Shown piece after piece: positions 8,144 through 16,434 of a stretch of 32,000 nt of DNA (its first letter is position 1; each line of letters begins with the position of its first letter). The stretch is from assembly GCA_011364965.1 (NCBI GenBank), contig RDOB01000001.1, positions 129,368 through 161,367 on the forward strand. The letters run 5' to 3'. Source of the stretch: Candidatus Heimdallarchaeota archaeon. Lineage in GTDB: Archaea > Asgardarchaeota > Heimdallarchaeia > Hodarchaeales > Hodarchaeaceae. A program made the translations under genes and the position numbers. The notes under the pieces are model-generated. The model had not been told where the DNA came from. It saw only the letters and a program-made list of their open reading frames with translations, and did not search any database.

Positions 8144-8218
8144 GGCAGAATCTCGCAAAACTCGGCGTAACGCGTTGATTGGTGAGATTACACACCAATA
8201 CGGGCACAATCAAGAATC

Positions 8219-8226
8219 TTTATAAA
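8219..8226 (-). promoter_or_regulatory. TATA box (TTTATAAA) with purine-rich BRE-like upstream bases, promoter of the 5S locus
   Basis: The minus strand reads AGACAAGTAAATTTATAAAGATTCTTGATTGTGCCCGTATTGG. The TATA box sits about 20-30 nt upstream of where the G+C-rich structured RNA begins. Confidence 0.45.
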
Positions 8227-8291
8227 TTTACTTGTCTCTAGTTTATTTACATTAATTTGCTTTAGATATAATATTTCAAGAGATCACCCCA

Positions 8292-9119
8292 ATGGAATGG
8301 AGCGACTGGAAAAATAGATATTTGGATATACTTGAACGCTTAAAAATTAAACAAAAAGATGATGAAGCATCTGCAAAGTTATTAGAACAGCATTTGGAAA
8401 GTTTTATGATAATTTCGAGGAGTAGAATTCACCAAGAACTAGTAAAAATATTTAAAAGGCCAATAATCGTTGCAGGAGCTGGCCCATCTTTAGAATCTGA
8501 TTTAATTCAAATTAAAAAGCTGGAAATGCAAAAATTCGCTCATATAATAACAGCTGATGGTGCTACAACTGCTTTTCGACTAAATAACATTATACCGAAA
8601 GTAGTTGTTACAGATCTCGATGGAGAATTAAAATCAATTTTTTGGGCTTTAAGAAAAAGAGCTCTTATTCTCATACACGCTCACGGAGATAACCCCCATC
8701 TGATTTCGATGTTTTTTAGAAAGTATGGCTCAAAGTTATATAACGCAATGCTCTGGGGAACCAGTCAAAGTGATCCTGGAAAAACACTTTTTAATTTTGG
8801 GGGATTTACTGACGGAGATCGTGCTATATTCCTTGGATTCCATTTTCAAGCACCTCTAATAGGTCTTATTGGCTTTGATTTTGGAACAAAGATTGGAAAA
8901 TTTAGTACCTATAAAACTGAATTATTAAATAAAGATTTGAATCAAAAAATTACGAAACTGAATATTGCAATAGACCTCCTGACGGAATTTTATCCAAAAC
9001 ATAATGGTTTGCGATATAATTTAACTTCATCAGGTTTCTCAGTTCCAGGATTCCCAAATATCAGTTTTAAAGACTTTCATCAAAAGGTTTTTGAATACAA
9101 AATGTCACATGATATATAG
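8292..9119 (+). CDS. mptE: MptE-like 6-hydroxymethyl-7,8-dihydropterin pyrophosphokinase (DUF115 family)
   Basis: Motifs VAGAGPSLESD, ITADGAT, VVTDLDG and HAHGDN. Size about 275 aa. Confidence 0.7.
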   Translation: MEWSDWKNRYLDILERLKIKQKDDEASAKLLEQHLESFMIISRSRIHQELVKIFKRPIIVAGAGPSLESDLIQIKKLEMQKFAHIITADGATTAFRLNNIIPKVVVTDLDGELKSIFWALRKRALILIHAHGDNPHLISMFFRKYGSKLYNAMLWGTSQSDPGKTLFNFGGFTDGDRAIFLGFHFQAPLIGLIGFDFGTKIGKFSTYKTELLNKDLNQKITKLNIAIDLLTEFYPKHNGLRYNLTSSGFSVPGFPNISFKDFHQKVFEYKMSHDI

Positions 9120-9585
9120 CAGTCTCCCAGAGGATAATTTTAATCTTTTCAATATATTTAGCAAATTTTTTCTTTTTGATGGCTTTCACTAGATCCAAAG
9201 CGATGGTTTTTGCGAGGATTTCAGCGGTAATGTTTTTGCACTTCATAAACCTAATATCACTTTTTGGGAAGGAATAGTACCGCTCGCCATATAATACCCC
9301 AATATTCGTTTCAGATTCCTTGAATTCTAATTTTGAATTATTAAGGGGAATTAATGTGTAATGATCCCATTCTAAGACTATTTTTTCTAATAAATCCTCA
9401 AGAGAGAGAAAATCAACTATCATATCTTCATTATCGATCAGACCGAATATCTCCACTCCGATCCTGTAATTGTGACCATGAAATCCTTCTTCAAATGCCT
9501 CACTAACAATTGCATGAGAAGCACTAAAACTAGAACAAGCGCTATCTAGTATAATTGAGCTTTCGATATTCAATCTTTCTCTCAA
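9067..9585 (-). CDS. 6-pyruvoyl-tetrahydropterin synthase / QueD-family enzyme
   Basis: FSASHAI...HGHNYRIGVEI and a C-terminal WET motif typical of the PTPS/QueD fold. It directly abuts trxB (9586). Its 3' end overlaps the mptE 3' end by 53 nt. Confidence 0.75.
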   Translation of the reverse strand: MRERLNIESSIILDSACSSFSASHAIVSEAFEEGFHGHNYRIGVEIFGLIDNEDMIVDFLSLEDLLEKIVLEWDHYTLIPLNNSKLEFKESETNIGVLYGERYYSFPKSDIRFMKCKNITAEILAKTIALDLVKAIKKKKFAKYIEKIKIILWETAIYHVTFCIQKPFDESL

Positions 9586-10542
9586 CTACTGGTAAGACAA
9601 ACCATACCAATCTCCACCTTTCATATCAAGAAAAGCAGAGATTGCTGCTGTTGTTCCTTCTCCAACTGCAACAGATATTTGTCCCTGACCTGGTGTTATA
9701 TCCCCACATGCATATACCCTTTGCACATTTGTACGCTGCTTATTATCCACTTTAATTAACCCCTCGGGGGTTAATTCGACACCAATTTTCTTAGCCAGTT
9801 CATTATTTGGAAGAATACCAATTGCAATGAAAATTGCTTTGACTCTAAGAGTTTCTTCTGCACCAGTTTTAACGTTTTGGACTAGTATTTTTTTAATCCC
9901 AGTATCTTCAGAGCCCTGTATCTCTTTTACAATCGAATCCCAAATCATATCTACTGCTGAATTTTCAAGAATTTGTTTTTGTAGGGATTCTTCTGCACGA
10001 AGACGATCACGACGATGTATCAAATAAGTTTTAAGAACAACATTGTCTAAATATAATGCTTCAGTTACTGCAGAATTTCCTCCTCCAACCACAGCTACTT
10101 TTTTACCTCTATAAAGCGGGCCATCGCATGTTGCACAGTATGATACTCCCTTGCCTTCAAATTCAGTCTCACCAGGGATATCAAGATGTCGATGATTAGT
10201 TCCTGTTGCTAAAATCACCACTTTAGTCTGAAAAATCCCTGTTGAAGAGACCACTTCCATTGGAACTTTATCTGTTTTTATATCTACTACTTCAACAAGC
10301 TCTCTAATCTCTGCTCCAAATTTCTCAGCTTGTGCCTTTAAACGTTGAGCAAACTCCATTCCAGAGATTTCAGAAAATCCGGGATAGTTTTCGATAATAG
10401 GAGTGGTCGCTGCTAATCCTCCTACCGCCTCTTTGTCTAGTACTAATACTTTCCAGCCCATTCTTGATCCATATATGGCTGCAGCCATACCTGCGGGTCC
10501 AGCTCCAACCACAATCATGTCATATTTGGATTCTGTGCTCAT
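9586..10542 (-). CDS. trxB: thioredoxin-disulfide reductase
   Basis: FAD motif VVGAGPAGMAAAIY, redox-active CATCDG, NADPH motif VVGGGNSAVTEALYL, and C-terminal GDITPG. Confidence 0.9.
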   Translation of the reverse strand: MSTESKYDMIVVGAGPAGMAAAIYGSRMGWKVLVLDKEAVGGLAATTPIIENYPGFSEISGMEFAQRLKAQAEKFGAEIRELVEVVDIKTDKVPMEVVSSTGIFQTKVVILATGTNHRHLDIPGETEFEGKGVSYCATCDGPLYRGKKVAVVGGGNSAVTEALYLDNVVLKTYLIHRRDRLRAEESLQKQILENSAVDMIWDSIVKEIQGSEDTGIKKILVQNVKTGAEETLRVKAIFIAIGILPNNELAKKIGVELTPEGLIKVDNKQRTNVQRVYACGDITPGQGQISVAVGEGTTAAISAFLDMKGGDWYGLSYQ

Positions 10543-10566
10543 CCAATTTCATCTCGGGAAGGGTGA

Positions 10567-10585
10567 CTTAAAGGTGACCTTTAAG
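10567..10585. promoter_or_regulatory. perfect palindrome CTTAAAGG-TGA-CCTTTAAG in the trxB promoter region
   Basis: 8-bp arms with a 3-nt spacer, 25-43 nt upstream of the trxB ATG (10542, minus strand). It contains TTTAA(G) TATA-like cores. Confidence 0.3.
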
Positions 10586-11007
10586 ATATGTTGCATTTTG
10601 CTAAATATTAACCTTTTGTGAAGCAAAAATAAAGAGAGATTATACTTGAATAATCGATTGCAATGAATTATAGTACATCTAAGAAAACAGGAGTGCTACT
10701 AAGACAAGCTGGAGGATTCTTTGGTTCATTTGATCCATTTATTCAGCAATCTGATAATTTAATAATATTAACATATTAGATATTTATATTCTATTCTGAA
10801 ATACACTTCATTCCATTTTTTTTGCTTATAGTAATCTTTATTTCATTAAAGAAAGGATTATTTAGTTATACCATTTGAATATATATTTAATATAAATTAC
10901 ACCAAATGCAAGCGTCATTCAGCTAGCTATGAACTCTTATATATTCCTTAATAAATAGTTCAATTAAATTAGTGCACTTTTCTTAGTTAAAATGGTCGTT
11001 TCTACAA

Positions 11008-13626
11008 ATGGAAATACTTGAAGCTTCCACTTCTGAAATATCTTTTCAAATACAGAGAGGAGACGCAATTTTTCATGAACAGGATTTCATTTTGGTGACA
11101 GAAGGAGAAACAGATAAAGAGAAGCAATTTATAGCTCAAATTTCAAAATTAGTGCAGACAGAACCAGACAAAATACGTGGAAACGCAATAATACTTGGTG
11201 AAATAGATTTCAATAGCTATAATCTACAAGCTTGTCGATTTCCGATCTCCATTCATGCAAAACTCACTCATCCGCCTCCGGGACTGATTTCAAAGGTGTT
11301 ATCATACCGTGGGGAGGATGGAATCTATTTAGGGGATGTTGTTACTTATGAAAATAAATCTGATTCATTTTTAATATCACCAGAATTCATGGAACGGCAT
11401 GTCCTTTGCGTTGCAAGTACAGGTGCAGGAAAATCCTACACTATAGGAGTAATTTTAGAAGAACTCTTGCTTAAAACTCAAGGAGTAGCGATAGTCCTTT
11501 TCGATATCCATAATGAGTATTGGGGATTAATCGAGCCTAATGAAGGGCCAGAGACAAAAAACCTCACCTTTGATTCATATAAACCTAGAGGATTTCCCGA
11601 AAATATTATGATTTTTGATAAAGAAGTTCTTTCGCTAGGTAAACTTGTTGATTTACCAAGATTACGTAGAATTCTTGATCTGACTCCTGCACAGGAAAAC
11701 TCCCTGGTCAATATTATTAAAAATCCAATCCCATTAGAAGACTTGATATCACTTATTGAATCGTCCAATATTCATTCTTCCACACGAGAGAATTTAATTT
11801 TAAAAATAAATTCGCTAATCGCACTTAATCTTTTCCAAAATGGATTGGATATTAAATCTTTGGGAAAAGCAGGACAAATATCAATTATTCGTCTTGATGA
11901 GTTTATAGATGAACGAAAGCGGGATTTAGTTGTCAATGAAATATTGAATCACATATTTGAGAAGAAAATTCATGGGGATTTACCTAGAGAAAGTGATATC
12001 GTTATTGTTGTAGAAGAGGCTCATCGTTATGCTAAATCAAGCGAAATTCTTGCCAGAATAGCCCGCGAGGGACGCAAATTCGGTATTTATGAAATATTGA
12101 TTTCTCAAAGACCAGGTGATCTCCCTGATAATATTATTGCCAATATGAATACCCTTATCGCCCTAAGAATTCGATCTGATAAAGATATCAGCAAAATTAG
12201 AATGATGGAAGGAATCAGCTCTGATACTGTATCTATCCTTCCACATTTAGATAAAGGAGAAGCCCTTTTAGTGGGTCATCACGGTGCTACAAGTCGTCCA
12301 TTGAAAATAAATATTCGTCCACGATTAACAAAGCATGTGGACCCCCAAAAGGACATTATGCCGTTCTATACTCCGTTTTTTAAGAATAAAGGCAAATCTG
12401 ACGAATTTAGTGTTGATGAAATCCCATTACAACCTACAGAAGTTGAAGACCTAATTATAAATGACGATGAGTTATTTTCGTCAAAATTAGAGGCATTTAC
12501 TTACATGGATCTAACAAACCTGTTATCTTGTCAACACATTTTAATTCAACATAAAAATACTGGAATTTGTCTCTTTGATTTAGGAACTACAATGTTAAAA
12601 ATTGATGCTCAGTTAGTATCGGGTTTCTTGAGTGCTATATCTGGATTATTTAGTGAATTGAAGAATAAGACACCAGTTAAAGATCGGACAATTGTTCGTA
12701 TGTTCACTGAAGAGATTGGAGACAGAGCATTTGAAATATTAACTGTAGAAGGTTCATATTCGATTTTAGCTATTATCTTGAATCGTAAACCAAAATATTT
12801 GGGTCATTTCAAACGAAAAGTAAGAAATTTTATTTATGCGTTTGAAAAAAGATACAAAACCACACTCAAAGACTTTGTTGGTGTTCTTGATGATTTTCAG
12901 AGTACTTATGAATTGCTTGATCAGTTTCTGGGTTTATCCCTCCAAACACCCTTAGTTTTGAACTCAGAATTCAAGGATGTTCAATCTTATCCTATAGTAT
13001 TGAATATTATTACGAATTTAAGCGAACAGCTAGCTCAATCAGAAGGGATTTTTCTTGAAGAAATAGTCAATCAATGCCTTCTAGATTCAGAATATAATTA
13101 TCGTGAGATAGCGGAAATACTAATCTCTTTACTTGAAGAGAAAGCTCTTATACTTGCTGATAGTTCTCGGAAGGTTCCTCCTGTCAGTACTAGAGAAGAT
13201 TTAATGTTTATAGGTACATCCGAAACGGAAGAAATAAAAGTAGAGCTCAATAATGATGTGGTAGATGCTCAAAACCTAGATGAAATTGATACTCATGAAC
13301 AAGAACTACGGATTAAGGATATATTTTCCGAGTGTCAGGTTCATTCATTATCTGCTGGACTGAAACGAGATATTTTAACCCGTGATTTTATTTTTGAATC
13401 AAAAGTTCAAGTTAAAACTGAAACTACAAAAACTGAAGTCCTTAGTAAAACAGATTTGTTAAAATGGATTAAAAAAATACTAGAAAAAGGTTTTGTACTT
13501 CATGAAGTCTTGGAAAACCCTTTGAAAGGAAAAAAACTCCTTTTTCGATCAGAATATGGAGCGGCAGCTCTTTCCATCGCATTAATCTCAGATGATGAGT
13601 TTATAATTATATTCGGTGAGTTTTAG
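11008..13626 (+). CDS. HerA/FtsK-superfamily (DUF87-type) ATPase fused to a C-terminal Roadblock/longin-like module and wH-like region
   Basis: N-terminal barrel-like region. Walker A is HVLCVASTGAGKSYT and Walker B is IVIVVEEAHRY. The family signature REGRKFGIYEILISQRPGDLPDNIIANMNTLIALRI is present. The C-terminal half carries a beta-alpha-beta module with GFLSAISGLFSEL (about 12500-12940). Confidence 0.8.
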   Translation: MEILEASTSEISFQIQRGDAIFHEQDFILVTEGETDKEKQFIAQISKLVQTEPDKIRGNAIILGEIDFNSYNLQACRFPISIHAKLTHPPPGLISKVLSYRGEDGIYLGDVVTYENKSDSFLISPEFMERHVLCVASTGAGKSYTIGVILEELLLKTQGVAIVLFDIHNEYWGLIEPNEGPETKNLTFDSYKPRGFPENIMIFDKEVLSLGKLVDLPRLRRILDLTPAQENSLVNIIKNPIPLEDLISLIESSNIHSSTRENLILKINSLIALNLFQNGLDIKSLGKAGQISIIRLDEFIDERKRDLVVNEILNHIFEKKIHGDLPRESDIVIVVEEAHRYAKSSEILARIAREGRKFGIYEILISQRPGDLPDNIIANMNTLIALRIRSDKDISKIRMMEGISSDTVSILPHLDKGEALLVGHHGATSRPLKINIRPRLTKHVDPQKDIMPFYTPFFKNKGKSDEFSVDEIPLQPTEVEDLIINDDELFSSKLEAFTYMDLTNLLSCQHILIQHKNTGICLFDLGTTMLKIDAQLVSGFLSAISGLFSELKNKTPVKDRTIVRMFTEEIGDRAFEILTVEGSYSILAIILNRKPKYLGHFKRKVRNFIYAFEKRYKTTLKDFVGVLDDFQSTYELLDQFLGLSLQTPLVLNSEFKDVQSYPIVLNIITNLSEQLAQSEGIFLEEIVNQCLLDSEYNYREIAEILISLLEEKALILADSSRKVPPVSTREDLMFIGTSETEEIKVELNNDVVDAQNLDEIDTHEQELRIKDIFSECQVHSLSAGLKRDILTRDFIFESKVQVKTETTKTEVLSKTDLLKWIKKILEKGFVLHEVLENPLKGKKLLFRSEYGAAALSIALISDDEFIIIFGEF

Positions 13627-13632
13627 AGAAAT

Positions 13633-16194
13633 TTATGCTCCACTAGAAAACATCTCATCAATTACTTCTGTTTCAGGTTTGAAAACATCTAGGTCTCCAA
13701 GCCAAACTGGTAGTACTTTAAGGTACTTAAGTTCGAATTGTTTTAAATAATCACTTAGCTTTCTACGGAGCTCTGTGGATGTACTATCTGCAAATATTGC
13801 AGCAAAAACCCATTTTGCATACTCAATCGTAAGTACGACATCTCCATGATCGATTGTTTTTAATAATTGCTCGCTTCTTACAGCTTCCTTAGCAAAAGAT
13901 GTTATTGCAGAGAAAAGTCCAGCCACCAAAGCAGGTTCTACTTGAGATTCTGCTGCAAAATTATGTGCCAAAACTGCTCGTCCATCTAACATCATAATAT
14001 GTAGTGAATCGATAGTTACTTCCTCATAACAATATGAAAATTCACGATGTTTCAAGGTGACTAAGTATTTTATTGGGATATTCAAATCAAATGTCAAATG
14101 ATCCAAAATTTGGTGGATTTTCCTTAAGTCGAATCCTGTTGTCTTTGATAAGTCATAAAAAGTCATTAAACCATCTTTAAGTGCTTCTTTTATCTGAGGT
14201 GCGTTTTCAACTTTTAACCACGCATTTTCTACTGCATTTAAAATATCAGGATTATTTAGAGAACTCAAACTAATGAGAATTATATCAGATTTTTTCTTAA
14301 GTTCATTTAAGCTTGGGAGTCGCGAAATATCACAGAATATCGATTTGTAAAACAATTTTTCCTCCCCTTCTTCAAAACCTTTTTGCGTACTAACGGTGAA
14401 TTTTCGTTTAAATAGGAAAATCAAGGATCCATAAGTCATAATGATTGCAAAAGGATGAAAGAGATTGTAAGGAATTGAAAGGATACCTAGAAATGCACCT
14501 CCAGTTCCTCTCCAAACCACTGGAATCTGATATAGTTCTGGAACTATAAACGCTATACCTTCATAATAGCCAATTTTCCACACGGAGGTTAGCCACTTCA
14601 AATTAACTGCGGTAACTGTAATGAAAGGAGATATTAACGGAGTTCCCCCATAATTTGGAAACACCGAGTTAGCAGGGAAACCTAAAAGCTGATATAATTG
14701 TAATCCATACCATTCATTAATTAATAGGCTAACTGAGAAGATAGAAAGGTAAGTTAAAACTGCAGTTCCAATAATACTCCAATTCCACCTCCTTATGAAT
14801 AAAATTAACATAGCACTGATTAAAAAGGTAGCATAATTTTGAGTAAACCAGAAAAATGTATCATATTGAACAGTGTTAATATTTATAAAAATTCCAGAAA
14901 TAAAAACTCTATAAGTAAGAAATCCAATAGCAAGAAAGAAGCCTACCACAACACCTGTTCCAAAGGACTTCAGAGTGTTGGCTAAACTTATTCTTCGAAG
15001 AGTTTTTCTAAATTGTTTAAAGGATTCAATTAATTTTATCAAAAGATAGATAGAAAAGGGTTCAAAAATATCAAGGAAGAGTACGAAGAAAATTGATACC
15101 ATAATAAAATATACTACAAAAAATGAAATAACAAAAATCTGATTTATATATTGCACTAGAAATAAAATCACTGCTAATCCAGACATAAATGCTCCAACGG
15201 TTGAAAGACTTTGCACCATCGTTACATATAACTGATTACCAAGAAATTTCCCCTTTCTTGAAAGATGACTTGCTTTAATTAAATAAACACTAAATACAAG
15301 GGTAGCAATGTATGCAAAGTAAATCTCAAGAAACCAACCCATGGAAGTTCCTTGAAGCAAGCTAGGATTTTCATATTCGCCCAATAATTGTAAGATTGTC
15401 ATCAATAGAAACAAAGTTATAGGTAATATTGCGATTAGAACTTTTAATAATTCCCTTTCATTACTCCAATCCTTCTGTTTTACTCTTTTCGTGATTTCTT
15501 GGAATGGGGAAGTTTCCATTTCGAATTGCACTTCTTGAAGTCGCTGGACAACATTGCGAATTTGGGAGAGCTGCCCATTTAACTCTGTATTTTCTTTTAT
15601 TAATTCATTTATCTGGTATTCAATATTTTGTTGATCATTACTTGTTTTCAGCTGTTTTTGAAGTTCTTTTATCTGTTCAGCATTTTCTTTTATCAGCCTT
15701 TTAATAGGCTTTCTTTCAGCTCTCTGTTCGCCCCAAGTTTGATATAAAATGATAAAGAGTGAAAAAATTGGTGATATTCCAAACACAAAAGCTAAAATCA
15801 CAATTGGATATGTTAAATATATCACAATCGAGTTGAGAAAGTGTTGAAACAAATATTTTATTAATAGTGGAACAGGGATATAAATAGTACCGAATCGTAC
15901 AATTGCAGCTGAATCCCAAATAGTACTATAGCTATTAGTACCTGGAACTGGATAAAATTCTTGATCTAAATATCCTGTGGGATTGGGTACAAATGAGTTA
16001 AGTATGCTAGGGAAAATAAAGTAACAGATATAAAATACGATGAATCCTAAATATGCACGATTGAAAATAGTTGCAGCTAAGTTCTCATCCTTCCGACGGG
16101 TAAAGAGATATGGAAAGAAGGGGATAATTATTGGTGTTAAAGTTAATACGATTGAAGCAACTAAATTTAATGAATCTGCTTGAACTACTGACAT
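13633..16194 (-). CDS. large polytopic membrane protein with internal coiled coil and cytoplasmic C-terminal wH plus Roadblock/longin-like module
   Basis: A dozen or more hydrophobic helices by eye. A coiled-coil insert follows the first helix bundle (KENAEQIKELQKQLK...QLSQIRNVVQRLQEVQ). The C-terminal soluble module carries GLFSAITSFAKEA (about 13640-14020). No recognisable enzyme motif. Confidence 0.65.
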   Translation of the reverse strand: MSVVQADSLNLVASIVLTLTPIIIPFFPYLFTRRKDENLAATIFNRAYLGFIVFYICYFIFPSILNSFVPNPTGYLDQEFYPVPGTNSYSTIWDSAAIVRFGTIYIPVPLLIKYLFQHFLNSIVIYLTYPIVILAFVFGISPIFSLFIILYQTWGEQRAERKPIKRLIKENAEQIKELQKQLKTSNDQQNIEYQINELIKENTELNGQLSQIRNVVQRLQEVQFEMETSPFQEITKRVKQKDWSNERELLKVLIAILPITLFLLMTILQLLGEYENPSLLQGTSMGWFLEIYFAYIATLVFSVYLIKASHLSRKGKFLGNQLYVTMVQSLSTVGAFMSGLAVILFLVQYINQIFVISFFVVYFIMVSIFFVLFLDIFEPFSIYLLIKLIESFKQFRKTLRRISLANTLKSFGTGVVVGFFLAIGFLTYRVFISGIFININTVQYDTFFWFTQNYATFLISAMLILFIRRWNWSIIGTAVLTYLSIFSVSLLINEWYGLQLYQLLGFPANSVFPNYGGTPLISPFITVTAVNLKWLTSVWKIGYYEGIAFIVPELYQIPVVWRGTGGAFLGILSIPYNLFHPFAIIMTYGSLIFLFKRKFTVSTQKGFEEGEEKLFYKSIFCDISRLPSLNELKKKSDIILISLSSLNNPDILNAVENAWLKVENAPQIKEALKDGLMTFYDLSKTTGFDLRKIHQILDHLTFDLNIPIKYLVTLKHREFSYCYEEVTIDSLHIMMLDGRAVLAHNFAAESQVEPALVAGLFSAITSFAKEAVRSEQLLKTIDHGDVVLTIEYAKWVFAAIFADSTSTELRRKLSDYLKQFELKYLKVLPVWLGDLDVFKPETEVIDEMFSSGA

Positions 16195-16434
16195 CTTAAA
16201 ACCAATCCTTGGATAAAAATGTACTCAAGTTTAATGTGTACCTCTTCGTCATTTATACCATTAATAAGCCTTCTTTTTCTCAGTGTCAATCGTTGGCTGA
16301 TACCAATCTTAGGATTTACAAGTAGGAATTATTAGCTTAAAATTGACCAAATCTGATTATAAAACTATTTTTAAAAGAATTAGCAGAAAAAAAGAAATTA
16401 TATAGAAAAGAAAAAAAAAGGGGAGAGAAGAAGC

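Noticed and set aside
7991-8205. SRP (7S) RNA or RNase P RNA as the identity of the G+C-rich island
   Set aside because: This was my first guess, based on the UGUAAUC-like loop and the long end-to-end helix. The invariant SRP helix 8 motif (AGG-NCC-GGAA-GGN-AGCA) is absent on both strands. The RNase P CR-I/CR-V strings (GAGGAAAGUCC, ACAGAA..GGCUUA) are also absent. At about 210 nt the RNA is too short for either. The 5S motifs explain the sequence much better.
10543-11007. Replication origin in the long AT-rich spacer
   Set aside because: There are no repeated ORB-like elements flanking an unwinding region. There is also no adjacent orc1/cdc6 gene.
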